Part shown: positions 1 to 9,206 of the stretch, piece after piece
Position numbering within the stretch: the stretch's first letter is position 1
Layout of the letters: every line of letters begins with the position of its first letter
NCBI GenBank assembly: GCA_002498125.1
Contig: DAGG01000029.1
Coordinates: 898 to 64,897, forward strand
Direction: 5' to 3'
DNA: 64,000 nt
DNA from: Candidatus Woesearchaeota archaeon UBA525
GTDB taxonomy: Archaea > Nanobdellota > Nanobdellia > Woesearchaeales > UBA525
Notes under the pieces: model-generated
Database searches by the model: none
What the model was told of the DNA's origin: nothing
The model's input: only the letters and a program-made list of their open reading frames with translations
Made by a program: the position numbers and the translations under genes

Positions 1-1
1 G

Positions 2-115
2 TACCCGCGAGTGACTTTCGAAGAGTTCAACTCAAAGATCGCACAACGCATGTCGAAAAATGATATCTTCGCCATGCTCGAGCAGAACGGTTACCTTAGC
101 GTAACACCAGAATGA
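2..115 (+). CDS. 3' end of an upstream CDS of unknown function (partial; ...VTFEEFNSKIAQRMSKNDIFAMLEQNGYLSVTPE*)
   Basis: Open frame runs in from the window edge to a TGA at about 113-115. It lies 21 nt upstream of the epimerase gene, so it is probably co-transcribed. Confidence 0.3.
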   Translation, partial: YPRVTFEEFNSKIAQRMSKNDIFAMLEQNGYLSVTPE

Positions 116-136
116 TCTGCCGAAGTCGGCAGCGGA

Positions 137-979
137 GTGAACATGCGGTATAAAATCGCGATAACTGGCGCCACAGGATTCATCGGGAAGCCACTTGCAG
201 CACGTCTAGCGCAAGCCCACGACCTCATCAGCGTCGCGAGAAGCGAAGGCGCGACATTTGTCGGCGATATCACGCAGAAAGCGACTGTCGAACAGCTCTA
301 CGCGTATAAGCCAGACGTGCTCATCCATCTCGCCGCCACGAATGAAGGCGATATGCAGGCATTGTTCTCATCGAACATCATCGGAACGCTCAACCTTGTC
401 TCTCAAGCACCTGAATCACTGAAGAAAGTGATACTCATCTCTTCGTACGCAGTGTATCCCTCCAGCAAGACACCGCACACCGAGGATGACGCTCCCGCAC
501 CAGACACCGAATACGGACTCACAAAGCACATCGCCGAGCAGATAGCGATCCACTACTGCAGGAAGAAAGGCATAACGCTCATCATCCTAAGACCTGGGAC
601 GGTCTACGGCCCGGGCAACAACAAGGGAGTCATCCACGCATTCATCCGTCAAGCGAGTGAGGGCAGGATATCTGTGAGCAGGGACGGATCGCAGATGCGC
701 AGCATGATACACCGCGACGATATCATTGATGCCATTCTCGCAGTCCTGGATCATGAGAACCACAATACAATATTCAACGTCGCCGGCGACGAGCAGGCAT
801 CGGTGCTCGAGCTCGCCCAGATAATCAGCATGCTTGCGGGGAAGGCCGAGATCACACATACCCCTGCGAACACCGCTAAGCCAGGCGATCTCATGATATC
901 CTCAGAGAGATTGCTCTCCAAGGGCTATTGGCGTCCGCAAATCACTCTTAAAGAAGGAATTGGGGACCTGCTGCGATAA
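137..979 (+). CDS. NAD-dependent epimerase/dehydratase (SDR family, nucleotide-sugar epimerase-like)
   Basis: N-terminal Rossmann motif ITGATGFIG. The length and the layout of catalytic motifs match an SDR epimerase. Sits in a glycan gene cluster. Confidence 0.8.
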   Translation: MNMRYKIAITGATGFIGKPLAARLAQAHDLISVARSEGATFVGDITQKATVEQLYAYKPDVLIHLAATNEGDMQALFSSNIIGTLNLVSQAPESLKKVILISSYAVYPSSKTPHTEDDAPAPDTEYGLTKHIAEQIAIHYCRKKGITLIILRPGTVYGPGNNKGVIHAFIRQASEGRISVSRDGSQMRSMIHRDDIIDAILAVLDHENHNTIFNVAGDEQASVLELAQIISMLAGKAEITHTPANTAKPGDLMISSERLLSKGYWRPQITLKEGIGDLLR

Positions 980-991
980 ACACAGTGCCGT

Positions 992-1852
992 TCAGAATGG
1001 CTGGCGTTTTCCTTTTGAGAATCGCTTCGCATAGATCATCGATGGATAATCCTTCCCGTTGAGCGGCGAGAACCCTCCTTTAAACCAGCAGGCATAACCT
1101 TCCGCCACGAGCATATCAATCACCGCGGGGGTGTTATCTACGCGTTTTCCATCGATTGTCAGCGTGTGGCTCTCGATGATGAGACGGTCCACGAGATGGA
1201 GTTTCGACTTAACCTCACGCAGCACGTCCACTTCGGCGCCTTCGATGTCGATCTTGAGGACATCGACGCGTGAGCGGATGTACTGCGATAGTCTCGTAGT
1301 CTTGACACTGATCTCCTGCTCTTTGAATCCGGGATCCTTCTGGTGTGTGAAGAGCGATCCGACAGCGGAGTTGCCTTCGATAACAGCGAGTTTCATCGTT
1401 GATTCCTTGTTCCAAACCGCCTTCGGGATCACGACCGTCTGCGTGAGTTTGTTGTCGCGTATATTGTTGCTAATCGCGTTGACACATACGGGGTTCGGCT
1501 CGAAAACTGTGATTTTCGCCTTCGGGTATCGTGACTTATAGTACAGCATCGTCAATCCGGTGTTGCCGCCACAGTCGATAATCACAGGATCCTTCTTCGC
1601 GCTCTTGAAGTAGTAGTCGTTATTGATGAATATCTCTGTGTACAGCATGGCGAACTCCTGCAGGTTGTCATAATGGAGATGGAGACCACATATAGTGACA
1701 GGGCCCTTCCATCGAGGCCGCAACCGCAAGAGGGTGTTCAGCTTCACAAACCCCCACCACACCACCGCGCGCTCCCTTCGCGAACGGGTCCTATCGCTAA
1801 AGCACAGTTGCGTATTCGCGAAGAAGCGCTCAGCGACGAAAAGTAGACCCAT
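992..1852 (-). CDS. FkbM-family SAM-dependent methyltransferase
   Basis: Motifs IIDCGGNTG, VFEPNP and KIDIEGAEVDVL are typical of FkbM (Methyltransf_21). Paralog of the 3946..4779 protein. An internal Met at 1648 is an alternative start. Confidence 0.7.
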   Translation of the reverse strand: MGLLFVAERFFANTQLCFSDRTRSRRERAVVWWGFVKLNTLLRLRPRWKGPVTICGLHLHYDNLQEFAMLYTEIFINNDYYFKSAKKDPVIIDCGGNTGLTMLYYKSRYPKAKITVFEPNPVCVNAISNNIRDNKLTQTVVIPKAVWNKESTMKLAVIEGNSAVGSLFTHQKDPGFKEQEISVKTTRLSQYIRSRVDVLKIDIEGAEVDVLREVKSKLHLVDRLIIESHTLTIDGKRVDNTPAVIDMLVAEGYACWFKGGFSPLNGKDYPSMIYAKRFSKGKRQPF

Positions 1853-1857
1853 AAATC

Positions 1858-2991
1858 GTGAAAAGAAAGACTATTTATATTCCTTTCTGTCAAGAAATGA
1901 CGGCGCTGATGGAAACAAGTGTTATCATAGCGAACTACAACGGCAAGCAGTACTTGCACAAGTGCATCACAGCGCTTCTCCGTCAGACATATCGTGGTTT
2001 TGAAATCATAATCGTCGATAACGGATCGAAAGACGGTTCCGTTGCGTTTGTCCAAGAAACGTTCGGAAAGGAATGCGCATCCGGCAAGATACGAGTCATC
2101 ACGAACAAGGAGAACACCGGCTTCACTGGTGGGAACAATATCGGCGTGAGGAAAGCACGTGGGAAGTACATGGCCCTCCTGAACAATGACACGCAGGTGG
2201 ACAAGGGATGGTTGGCTGCACTCATACAAACCCTCAAGGATTATCCTGATATTGCGATTATCGGCTCGTTTGAGAATCCGACCGTACCGCTCAACCGGCT
2301 ATTCTTCATTGAGCAGGAATGCAGCACCACCATGACGCTGTGTGAGGAGACAGTACTCATCCCGCGCAAGGACGCAGGAGCGCCGCATCTCCGGAGCGCG
2401 TTCTTCGTCTCGGGAAACGGCATGGCCTTCAGGAAGAAGGAGATACCGCTGCCGTTCGATGATAATTACTTCGCGTACGCCGAGGACGTGCACCTAGGGT
2501 GGCGCCAGCGCATGCTTGGAAAGAGCGCTGCGTTCAACATGCAGGCGCGGATGGTGCACTACGGAGCCGGCACGAAGAAGCAAGACAGTCACATCGGCGC
2601 TATCGCAATCTTCAACGGCACGAAGAACCAACTCATGAACTTCCTCATTTTCTACGAATGGAAGAATATCATCAGGATAGCGCCCCTTTTTGTGCTCACG
2701 CAATTAGGGCACATCGTCCAAAATCCACATAAATTCATCGTGAAGCTCAAGGCGTACTTCTGGATCATCGCGAACCTGAGGCGAGTCATGGCGAAGCGCA
2801 AGGCAATCCAGGCGCAGCGCAAGATACCAGATAGAGAGCTTATCAAGCTCATGAGCTGCCAATTCTGCGAGCCGATGATTGCAGAAGAGGGGTGGCGAAG
2901 AAGGGCAGTCAACGTGGCGAATAGTGTCTTCTACGTTTACTGTTTCGTGATGCGTCTGCGGACCACGGAGCTAGTGAGAAATACGAAGTAG
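1858..2991 (+). CDS. Family 2 glycosyltransferase
   Basis: SVIIANYNG...IIVDNGSKDGS is a GT2 signature, with the usual DxD region downstream. The true start is probably the Met at 1897 (MTALMETS...). Confidence 0.8.
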   Translation: MKRKTIYIPFCQEMTALMETSVIIANYNGKQYLHKCITALLRQTYRGFEIIIVDNGSKDGSVAFVQETFGKECASGKIRVITNKENTGFTGGNNIGVRKARGKYMALLNNDTQVDKGWLAALIQTLKDYPDIAIIGSFENPTVPLNRLFFIEQECSTTMTLCEETVLIPRKDAGAPHLRSAFFVSGNGMAFRKKEIPLPFDDNYFAYAEDVHLGWRQRMLGKSAAFNMQARMVHYGAGTKKQDSHIGAIAIFNGTKNQLMNFLIFYEWKNIIRIAPLFVLTQLGHIVQNPHKFIVKLKAYFWIIANLRRVMAKRKAIQAQRKIPDRELIKLMSCQFCEPMIAEEGWRRRAVNVANSVFYVYCFVMRLRTTELVRNTK

Positions 2992-3004
2992 TGGCTGAGC
3001 TAGC

Positions 3005-3694
3005 TCATCGCGCCTTCATCCGCGTCTTGATGTTCGTCGCCTTGACGATGAATCCGCTGGATATCGTCGGGAAATGGTTTGCGATCCATACGCCGCCAGG
3101 CACGAATGGCACGTCAAGCCCAAATACTCGGTCAATCCTGAAGCCGTTGTCAGAAAATATCTCCCTGATGTCCTTCAGGATAAAGGCGCGGATGTGTCCC
3201 GGGGTCACTGCGAGGAGAACACGCGCATCGACGCTATACGGGCGCGCGCCTAGGAGCGACATGAACCTCGCATGCAAAGGGACGGTATTTGGCGTTGTAA
3301 GGATGAGAGTACCACCTTTTTTGAGAACCCTGGAGCACTCTGCCACCATGAAATCGGTGTCAAAGACATGCTCCAGAATCTCGGACGCGAGGATGACATC
3401 GAACATGTTGTCCTTATAGGGGAACCCTAAAGTGATATCCGCCTGCTTGATTCTGCCCGCCAGCGGGTTGCCCTTCTTTACGCGGATGATATCGACCCCG
3501 TAATAATCAAAATCAGGGCCTGGGAAAAGGCTCGCGTGAAACCCATCATTGCAAGCCACATCGAGCACGCGCAGAGGCCTTCTCGAGCGCGGCAGCAGCG
3601 CTATCGCGCGCTTGATTTTGCTGAGCTTCACAACTTCGAGATGCGGGATTATGGGCGTATGCTCATAGAGTAGTTGCTGATCCTTGGCACGCAT
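3005..3694 (-). CDS. Class I SAM-dependent methyltransferase (Methyltransf_11-like)
   Basis: LDVACNDG (motif I) and VLKKGGTLILTTPN. A TATA-like gagatttaaacc lies 22-31 nt upstream of the start at 3694. Confidence 0.75.
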   Translation of the reverse strand: MRAKDQQLLYEHTPIIPHLEVVKLSKIKRAIALLPRSRRPLRVLDVACNDGFHASLFPGPDFDYYGVDIIRVKKGNPLAGRIKQADITLGFPYKDNMFDVILASEILEHVFDTDFMVAECSRVLKKGGTLILTTPNTVPLHARFMSLLGARPYSVDARVLLAVTPGHIRAFILKDIREIFSDNGFRIDRVFGLDVPFVPGGVWIANHFPTISSGFIVKATNIKTRMKAR

Positions 3695-3945
3695 AAATAC
3701 ACAAAAAGAAGACGAGATTTAAACCTTTCCAAAAACTTACGTCGGGGGCCATGCGGAGAAGACCACGGCTGCGTGCGGGTCACGGCGCGTCGCAATCCTT
3801 TAGCAGTACATTTTGGAGGGCGTCACAACGGGCTCCCATCCGATGACCCCGCCTCTGCGCCTTTTACGTTCAAAGCATAGGCGTAACAAGGAGTAACACA
3901 CAGTAACACATCTTCGACAGAGCTGCAAAAAAGCGCAAGATAGCG

Positions 3946-4779
3946 TTGTGCACCTTGTACCAAAATAGGAAAACTATTTTAACACTCGACAATCCATCCC
4001 GGATGATGGGGACGTTAGGGGCGCAGGCGAAGACTGTCTACAACGTCTTCAAACTCGTGAAGACCCCCATCAGCTATCTCTACGATTACTGCTTCAATCC
4101 GATCGAGAAGACGTACGAACTCAAAAACGGCATGCGCGTAAACCTCGCCACTCGCACCGACCGCCTCTTCTTCCACGAGATATGGATCCATCACATCTAT
4201 ACGCGCGAGTTCGACGTGGAACAAGGCGACATCGTCTTCGATGTCGGGTCGCAGCGTGGCATGTTCTCCATCTATGCGTCCAGGAATGCCGCTGTAGTCT
4301 ACGCATTCGAGCCCATGCCTGATACCTACGTCATGCTCACCAAGAACCTGAAGCAGAACAGGATCAAGAACGTGCAGCCGATGAAGCTAGCACTCAGCAG
4401 CAAGAAAGGGGTGATGAAGCTCCACCTCCATGCGACGCACACCGGCAGCCATACGCTCTATAACCATTACGGCAAAGGCAAGACTGTGAACGTGAAAACA
4501 GAGACACTACAGAACTTCATGGACAAGCACAGGGTTGACCATATAGATTTCCTCAAGATGGACTGCGAAGGCGCTGAGGTCGACATCCTCTTCAACCTCC
4601 CGGTCGCGAAACTCAAGAAGATCAGGAAAATCGCAATGGAGTATCACGACAACATCACCGGCGTGCCACATACGAAAATCGTACAGTTCCTGCGCAAGAA
4701 CGGCTTCACTGTCGTCCTGCACGAAGAGAACACCGTGATGACGGCACAGCAAGACAAACGGCGCAAACGCCGCGCATGA
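3946..4779 (+). CDS. FkbM-family SAM-dependent methyltransferase
   Basis: FDVGSQRG, AFEPMP and FLKMDCEGAEVDIL. The likely start is MMGTL at 4003, with a TATA-like aaactattttaac about 25 nt upstream. Confidence 0.75.
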   Translation: MCTLYQNRKTILTLDNPSRMMGTLGAQAKTVYNVFKLVKTPISYLYDYCFNPIEKTYELKNGMRVNLATRTDRLFFHEIWIHHIYTREFDVEQGDIVFDVGSQRGMFSIYASRNAAVVYAFEPMPDTYVMLTKNLKQNRIKNVQPMKLALSSKKGVMKLHLHATHTGSHTLYNHYGKGKTVNVKTETLQNFMDKHRVDHIDFLKMDCEGAEVDILFNLPVAKLKKIRKIAMEYHDNITGVPHTKIVQFLRKNGFTVVLHEENTVMTAQQDKRRKRRA

Positions 4780-4785
4780 GGACAA

Positions 4786-6258
4786 TCATCGTCCAATCAT
4801 CGTTTTCAGGTCCTTCAGCTCCTTGACGGTAATCACGCGCAGCGCAAAGAGCAACACGGCATACATGATGCCAGCGACCAGCACCCCGACACCTATCTTC
4901 CACCACATCGTGAGTTCGGTGAGCCGAACGAGGAACACTACGCCAACCGCCCCTGCAGTCGCCAGGAGCACGCCTGCCATGCGCAGACCTGGAATTCCAT
5001 ATGGCACAATCTTCCGCAGCACGACCGTGTGCACGGCCAGGAGCACGATGAATGCCACTAGTGTCACTGCTGCCGAACCGGCAATCCCGTAGCGAGGAAT
5101 GAACAGGATATCACCGATCACATTGACCACGGCAGCAGCCACTAGACCGTAGAGTGCTTTCCTAGGATGTCCCAGGCCTGCGATGATGCTCGAGTTCAGC
5201 GTCGCGAAGGTGTAGAATACCCCGCCGATGACGAGAATCTGCAGCGCGAGCGCTGCACCGACATACGCTCCGCCGAAGAGGAGGTTAAGGATAATCCCTG
5301 GGTAGATGACGATGATTGCTGCGAACGGGAAGAGGAGGATGGAAAGGTAGAGGTACATCCTGCCGATGCCGTCAGTGAGTACGCCGGCGCCTTTCTTCGC
5401 CTGCATCTCGCTCGAGAGCGGGAACATCACTGCGTAGATGACGCCACCCACAAACCACAACAGTCCTGCAGTGGGAAGCGCCGCGTTGTACAGGCCGACC
5501 TCAGGCAACGTACGGAAAAGCGTGAGGAAGAAAGTGTCGATGTAGGTGAGGAAGAACCCGATACCGCTCGCTAAGATGATTGGGAAGCCAAATGCGATGA
5601 ACCTGCGCAGGAGCGTAGGGTCGAAGCGCGCCTTGACACGCCAGTATTCCGGGAAGGCTTTGCGCATGAGCGGGATGTAGACGACCGGGATGACAAGATA
5701 CATCAGGACATAACCGAGCATCACAGCGAAGACGCCGAAGCCAAGAGCGAGGAGCGCGACCACAATCGCCAAGAGCACGACAGCGCGTAGGAGCGTGAGG
5801 TAGCCGTACCAGCGCGTCAGCCCCTTGCCCTGGAAGAAAGCAATCAGAGAGACCTCAATCGGAGAGATGAAGACCATGATAGCAGTGAGGATAAGCAGAG
5901 GCACTGCGACCATTGTCCCGAAGTACTCCGCCGCGAGCCAACGCGCCAAGAGGAGCACGATGAGCAAGATGGTGCCGGTCACAATGAGCTGTGTGTAGAT
6001 GACGGTGATGAGCGCGGATTTCATCCGTTTCAGGTCACGGATGCCTGGTATGGCGTTCACGAGGGCATCCGAGAGCCCGAGCGTCTGGGCGAAGCCGAAG
6101 AAGCTCAAAAGCGCCATGACGGCGTAGATGAGACCATACTCTGCCGGGGTGAGCGATCTCGCAATCACGAGCCGGAGCAAGTAGCCGAACACGTTTGCGA
6201 GCGCGAGGCAGATGAAGATGACGCTGAAGCTCCAGAACGCCTTCTTCGTGTACGACAT
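4786..6258 (-). CDS. Polysaccharide/oligosaccharide flippase (MOP superfamily, Wzx-like)
   Basis: About 490 aa and highly hydrophobic, with 12 or more predicted TM helices and a Wzx-like topology. The start is taken at the internal Met (MSYTKKAFW...). The ORF extends to 6387, but that N-terminal extension is not hydrophobic. Confidence 0.75.
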   Translation of the reverse strand: MSYTKKAFWSFSVIFICLALANVFGYLLRLVIARSLTPAEYGLIYAVMALLSFFGFAQTLGLSDALVNAIPGIRDLKRMKSALITVIYTQLIVTGTILLIVLLLARWLAAEYFGTMVAVPLLILTAIMVFISPIEVSLIAFFQGKGLTRWYGYLTLLRAVVLLAIVVALLALGFGVFAVMLGYVLMYLVIPVVYIPLMRKAFPEYWRVKARFDPTLLRRFIAFGFPIILASGIGFFLTYIDTFFLTLFRTLPEVGLYNAALPTAGLLWFVGGVIYAVMFPLSSEMQAKKGAGVLTDGIGRMYLYLSILLFPFAAIIVIYPGIILNLLFGGAYVGAALALQILVIGGVFYTFATLNSSIIAGLGHPRKALYGLVAAAVVNVIGDILFIPRYGIAGSAAVTLVAFIVLLAVHTVVLRKIVPYGIPGLRMAGVLLATAGAVGVVFLVRLTELTMWWKIGVGVLVAGIMYAVLLFALRVITVKELKDLKTMIGR

Positions 6259-6360
6259 CAGAGTTGGTGGCGTAACTCTCTTTATTAAGGTTGAGAGGCA
6301 AATATCCATATAGAAAATAAATACCGAAACCCTTAAAAAGCAAGTCGCACTCCTACATCT

Positions 6361-6476
6361 TGGACGGTCACAGTGGCGTGGCTCCACCCGATCCCATTTC
6401 GAACTCGGAAGTTAAGCGCGCCGACGTTGCTGCCTGTACTGCTCTTGGGAGCGGGAACGCAGTATCGCTGTCCACC
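6361..6476 (+). rRNA. rrf: 5S ribosomal RNA (stand-alone copy)
   Basis: Conserved 5S core CCACCCGATCCCATTTCGAACTCGGAAGTTAAGC...GTACTG...TGGGAG. A terminal helix forms between GGACGG (5') and CTGTCC (3'). A T-run (tttcttttcc) follows immediately. Confidence 0.7.
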
Positions 6477-6488
6477 TTTCTTTTCCTC
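6477..6488 (+). terminator. Oligo-T archaeal terminator after 5S rRNA
   Basis: The run tttcttttcc lies directly after the predicted 5S 3' end. Confidence 0.4.
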
Positions 6489-6642
6489 TCAGAACACGGA
6501 ATAGCTCTTAGCCTAAAGTCTAGATGTCAGTAAAAATCTCGTGCCGCCTTGGCATCATTCCGAGGCCCGACGACTCGGAGCACAGCGAACGAGACAGTGG
6601 CGGGCCGAGACAAACCACGATTCAATGGCCGCGGCACAAACC

Positions 6643-7551
6643 CTACCACAGGTTCCTAAAGACCTGCTGCACAGCGCCGGCGTAGTATCCTAACAATCTG
6701 AATAACCAGAGAATAGGGATCGTCACGATGTACTCGGGATGCCCCTCGGCTAACCTCGGCAGCGTGCGCTTCATGCTGATAAAGAGCCATGAGAGCACAG
6801 CGATCACAGCAAGCGCGAGAAGCGGCAGCCAAGAGACGAGCACTGCAACCACGAGCGCTGCCAAGAGAAGCAGAAGAGACAAGACCACGAGCAACCGCGT
6901 CCTCATCCTCGTATGCGGCGCTTTCACGAGCGACCTGCCGACCCACATGGAATGCTTGAATACCTCAGAGAGCGTCTCAGGATTATTATGGTAGCACACT
7001 GCGCCTGTCGGCGTCGCACTACCTAGACGACCGAGATCATCATCGAAATACCCCTTCTTGGGATCGAACCCTCCTGCATCCAAGAATGTCTTACGCAAAA
7101 TAGCCCTGTACACGCCACTCTCCTTGATACCTTCCGGCATCCTGTTGATGCACCACGACCTCGCCCACAAGTTCTCCTTGTTCGCGACAAGCTCCTTCGT
7201 ATGGAACGTACCGACGGTCTTCGCTTTCAGTATAGGCGCCACTAGCGTCTTCAGGTAATTCTTATCGAACACCATATCGGCGTCCACAAAGACGAGGATG
7301 TCTCCCTTTGCCTTCTTGGCACCGTAGTTCCTCGCTGCACCAGGACCGCCATGGTTCCTGAAGAACACCTTGATATGAGAGTGGCGTTTTGCCGCCGCCT
7401 TGAGCAATTCCCTTGTACAGTCTGTGCTTCCGTCATCGATGAAGATAATCTCCAGTTTCTTATAGGTCTGCTGCAGGAGGGAATCGATGCAGCGCAGGAT
7501 GTAGCGCTGCTCATTATAGGCAGGGATGACCACACTCACGGTTTTCATCAA
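6643..7551 (-). CDS. Membrane-anchored GT2 glycosyltransferase (dolichyl-phosphate hexose synthase-like)
   Basis: N-terminal SVVIPAYNE...IIFIDDGSTDCT GT2 fold. Two C-terminal TM helices, as in Dpm1/AglK-like enzymes. Confidence 0.75.
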   Translation of the reverse strand: MMKTVSVVIPAYNEQRYILRCIDSLLQQTYKKLEIIFIDDGSTDCTRELLKAAAKRHSHIKVFFRNHGGPGAARNYGAKKAKGDILVFVDADMVFDKNYLKTLVAPILKAKTVGTFHTKELVANKENLWARSWCINRMPEGIKESGVYRAILRKTFLDAGGFDPKKGYFDDDLGRLGSATPTGAVCYHNNPETLSEVFKHSMWVGRSLVKAPHTRMRTRLLVVLSLLLLLAALVVAVLVSWLPLLALAVIAVLSWLFISMKRTLPRLAEGHPEYIVTIPILWLFRLLGYYAGAVQQVFRNLW

Positions 7552-7629
7552 CCCACCATAGAGTAGGAGGTATTAGAGCGTTTCGATACTGCTGAAAAGA
7601 TTAATAAGGCGAGAGCCAGCACTCATAGC

Positions 7630-8172
7630 ATGAGCAATAAGCTTCACCTCGGTTGCGGCAATGTCGTCAAGAAGGGATGGGTGAACGTCGATATCGTGAA
7701 ACTCCCCGGCGTGGATAAAGTCGTGGATCTCGATAAGACCCCCTATCAGTTCAAGAACAACCAATTCACCGAAGTGGAGGCGCATCACACACTAGAGCAC
7801 CTCGGGAACTTCATGGGTTGCATGGAAGAGCTCCATCGCATCTGCAGACACGGTGCCGTCATCCGAGTGAGCGTCCCATACTTCGCCAGCCCCGCATTCT
7901 GGCGCGACCCGACACACAAACGCCCATTCACGCTCGAGACATTCTCCTATTTCGGCAACGACAGCTACTACTCAAAAGCCCGGTTCCGCATCGTCAAACG
8001 CAAGCTCTTCTACTTCAGCTGCAGATCGTTCATGAAGAGCAGATGGTACTCGCTACCCATCGATTTCATCATCAATCTCACTCCAACAATCTATGAACGG
8101 TTCTTCGTCTATCTCCTGCCGGCATCGGAACTGCACTTCGAAATAGAAGTCGTCAAGAAACGACATCCGTGA
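7630..8172 (+). CDS. SAM-dependent methyltransferase (type 11/23-like)
   Basis: LHLGCGN glycine-rich SAM motif near the N-terminus. Small MT fold. Confidence 0.6.
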   Translation: MSNKLHLGCGNVVKKGWVNVDIVKLPGVDKVVDLDKTPYQFKNNQFTEVEAHHTLEHLGNFMGCMEELHRICRHGAVIRVSVPYFASPAFWRDPTHKRPFTLETFSYFGNDSYYSKARFRIVKRKLFYFSCRSFMKSRWYSLPIDFIINLTPTIYERFFVYLLPASELHFEIEVVKKRHP

Positions 8173-8838
8173 TCACAATTTTTTCGCGACCACGATGAAG
8201 CTCCACTTCGGGATCGCCTGCTCGTTCCTCGCTAGCCTGAATCCGCCGACAGCGCCGATGAGCCGCGCCATGCTTTCCTGCGTGTAGACGTGGTAATGCG
8301 TCGGGTCGAGCATGATAGTATCCAGATGCGCCTCATCAGGCATGATGAGCACGAGCGTTCCGCCGACTTTCAGCACCCTGCGCCATTCCTGCAGAGTATT
8401 GACTGGGTCAATGTAGTGCTCGAGGTTATGTCTAGCGATGACGAAATCAAGCTCCTCGTCCTTGAACGGCAGCTTGTCACCTGATGCTACCACATCTGCC
8501 TGTGATGCCTCAAAGAGTTGACTTCCTGCGAAACCATACCGCCCTTTCGGAGTCAAGTCCACGCCGATGCATGCAAGCGTTGTCTTCTTGCTACCGCAGC
8601 CCACATCGATGCCTCTGCCCTTGGCGTAGCGCGCCGCGAGCTTACGTTCAGTATCATAATACTTCGAGCTGCGCTGCCGATCCTCAATCCTCTGGACGCG
8701 CCACCGGACCAGTGCTCGTGCTGGTACGCAAAGAATCCGCCATCTGCTACGTACGAAGTGCTCGTAGAAGATTCGCCGCGCGTTCGCAGAAATGCAGATA
8801 CGCGCAGTGTGCCGAGGTGGTGGTGCTTTTCTCGCCAT
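8173..8838 (-). CDS. SAM-dependent methyltransferase (type 11)
   Basis: GIDVGCGS motif I and LKVGGTLVLIMPDE. A TATA-like ggagtttaaataaatatag lies just upstream of the start. Confidence 0.65.
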   Translation of the reverse strand: MARKAPPPRHTARICISANARRIFYEHFVRSRWRILCVPARALVRWRVQRIEDRQRSSKYYDTERKLAARYAKGRGIDVGCGSKKTTLACIGVDLTPKGRYGFAGSQLFEASQADVVASGDKLPFKDEELDFVIARHNLEHYIDPVNTLQEWRRVLKVGGTLVLIMPDEAHLDTIMLDPTHYHVYTQESMARLIGAVGGFRLARNEQAIPKWSFIVVAKKL

Positions 8839-8907
8839 TCCCCATCCAGAACAACCTGGAGTTTAAATAAATATAGACTGAGCAAGAAAAAAAAGGATAA
8901 TAGTCGC

Positions 8908-9117
8908 CTAAGCGAACTCCTTGAGCTCCTCCTCGACGTCATCCTCGTCGCGCTTGCCTGCGAGGACTGCCTCGTAGTAGGCGGTCGGCTTGATGTGCGT
9001 AATCGTCGTGCGCTGCACGACGTACTTGCCGTCCTTGCTCTTGTTGACGCTGCTCCTGATGATCGGCATCGAACGCAGCTGCTCTTCCTTCTTGGTCGTC
9101 AAACCCATTGAAACCAC
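8908..9117 (-). CDS. Small hypothetical protein (69 aa)
   Basis: Non-repetitive ORF with an acidic C-terminus. No clear promoter. Function unknown. Confidence 0.3.
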   Translation of the reverse strand: MVSMGLTTKKEEQLRSMPIIRSSVNKSKDGKYVVQRTTITHIKPTAYYEAVLAGKRDEDDVEEELKEFA

Positions 9118-9206
9118 TCCGGCGATGGTCGTGTGACCTCACCGCAGAAAGGGTATTCCGGAGCCAAGTAATGACTTCCGCACAGGAATCCAGAATACCA
9201 ACGGAG

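Noticed and set aside
5167-5574. 135-aa highly acidic ORF on the plus strand inside the flippase gene
   Set aside because: It is antisense to a 12-TM flippase. Its Glu/Asp-rich composition arises from complementing hydrophobic codons.
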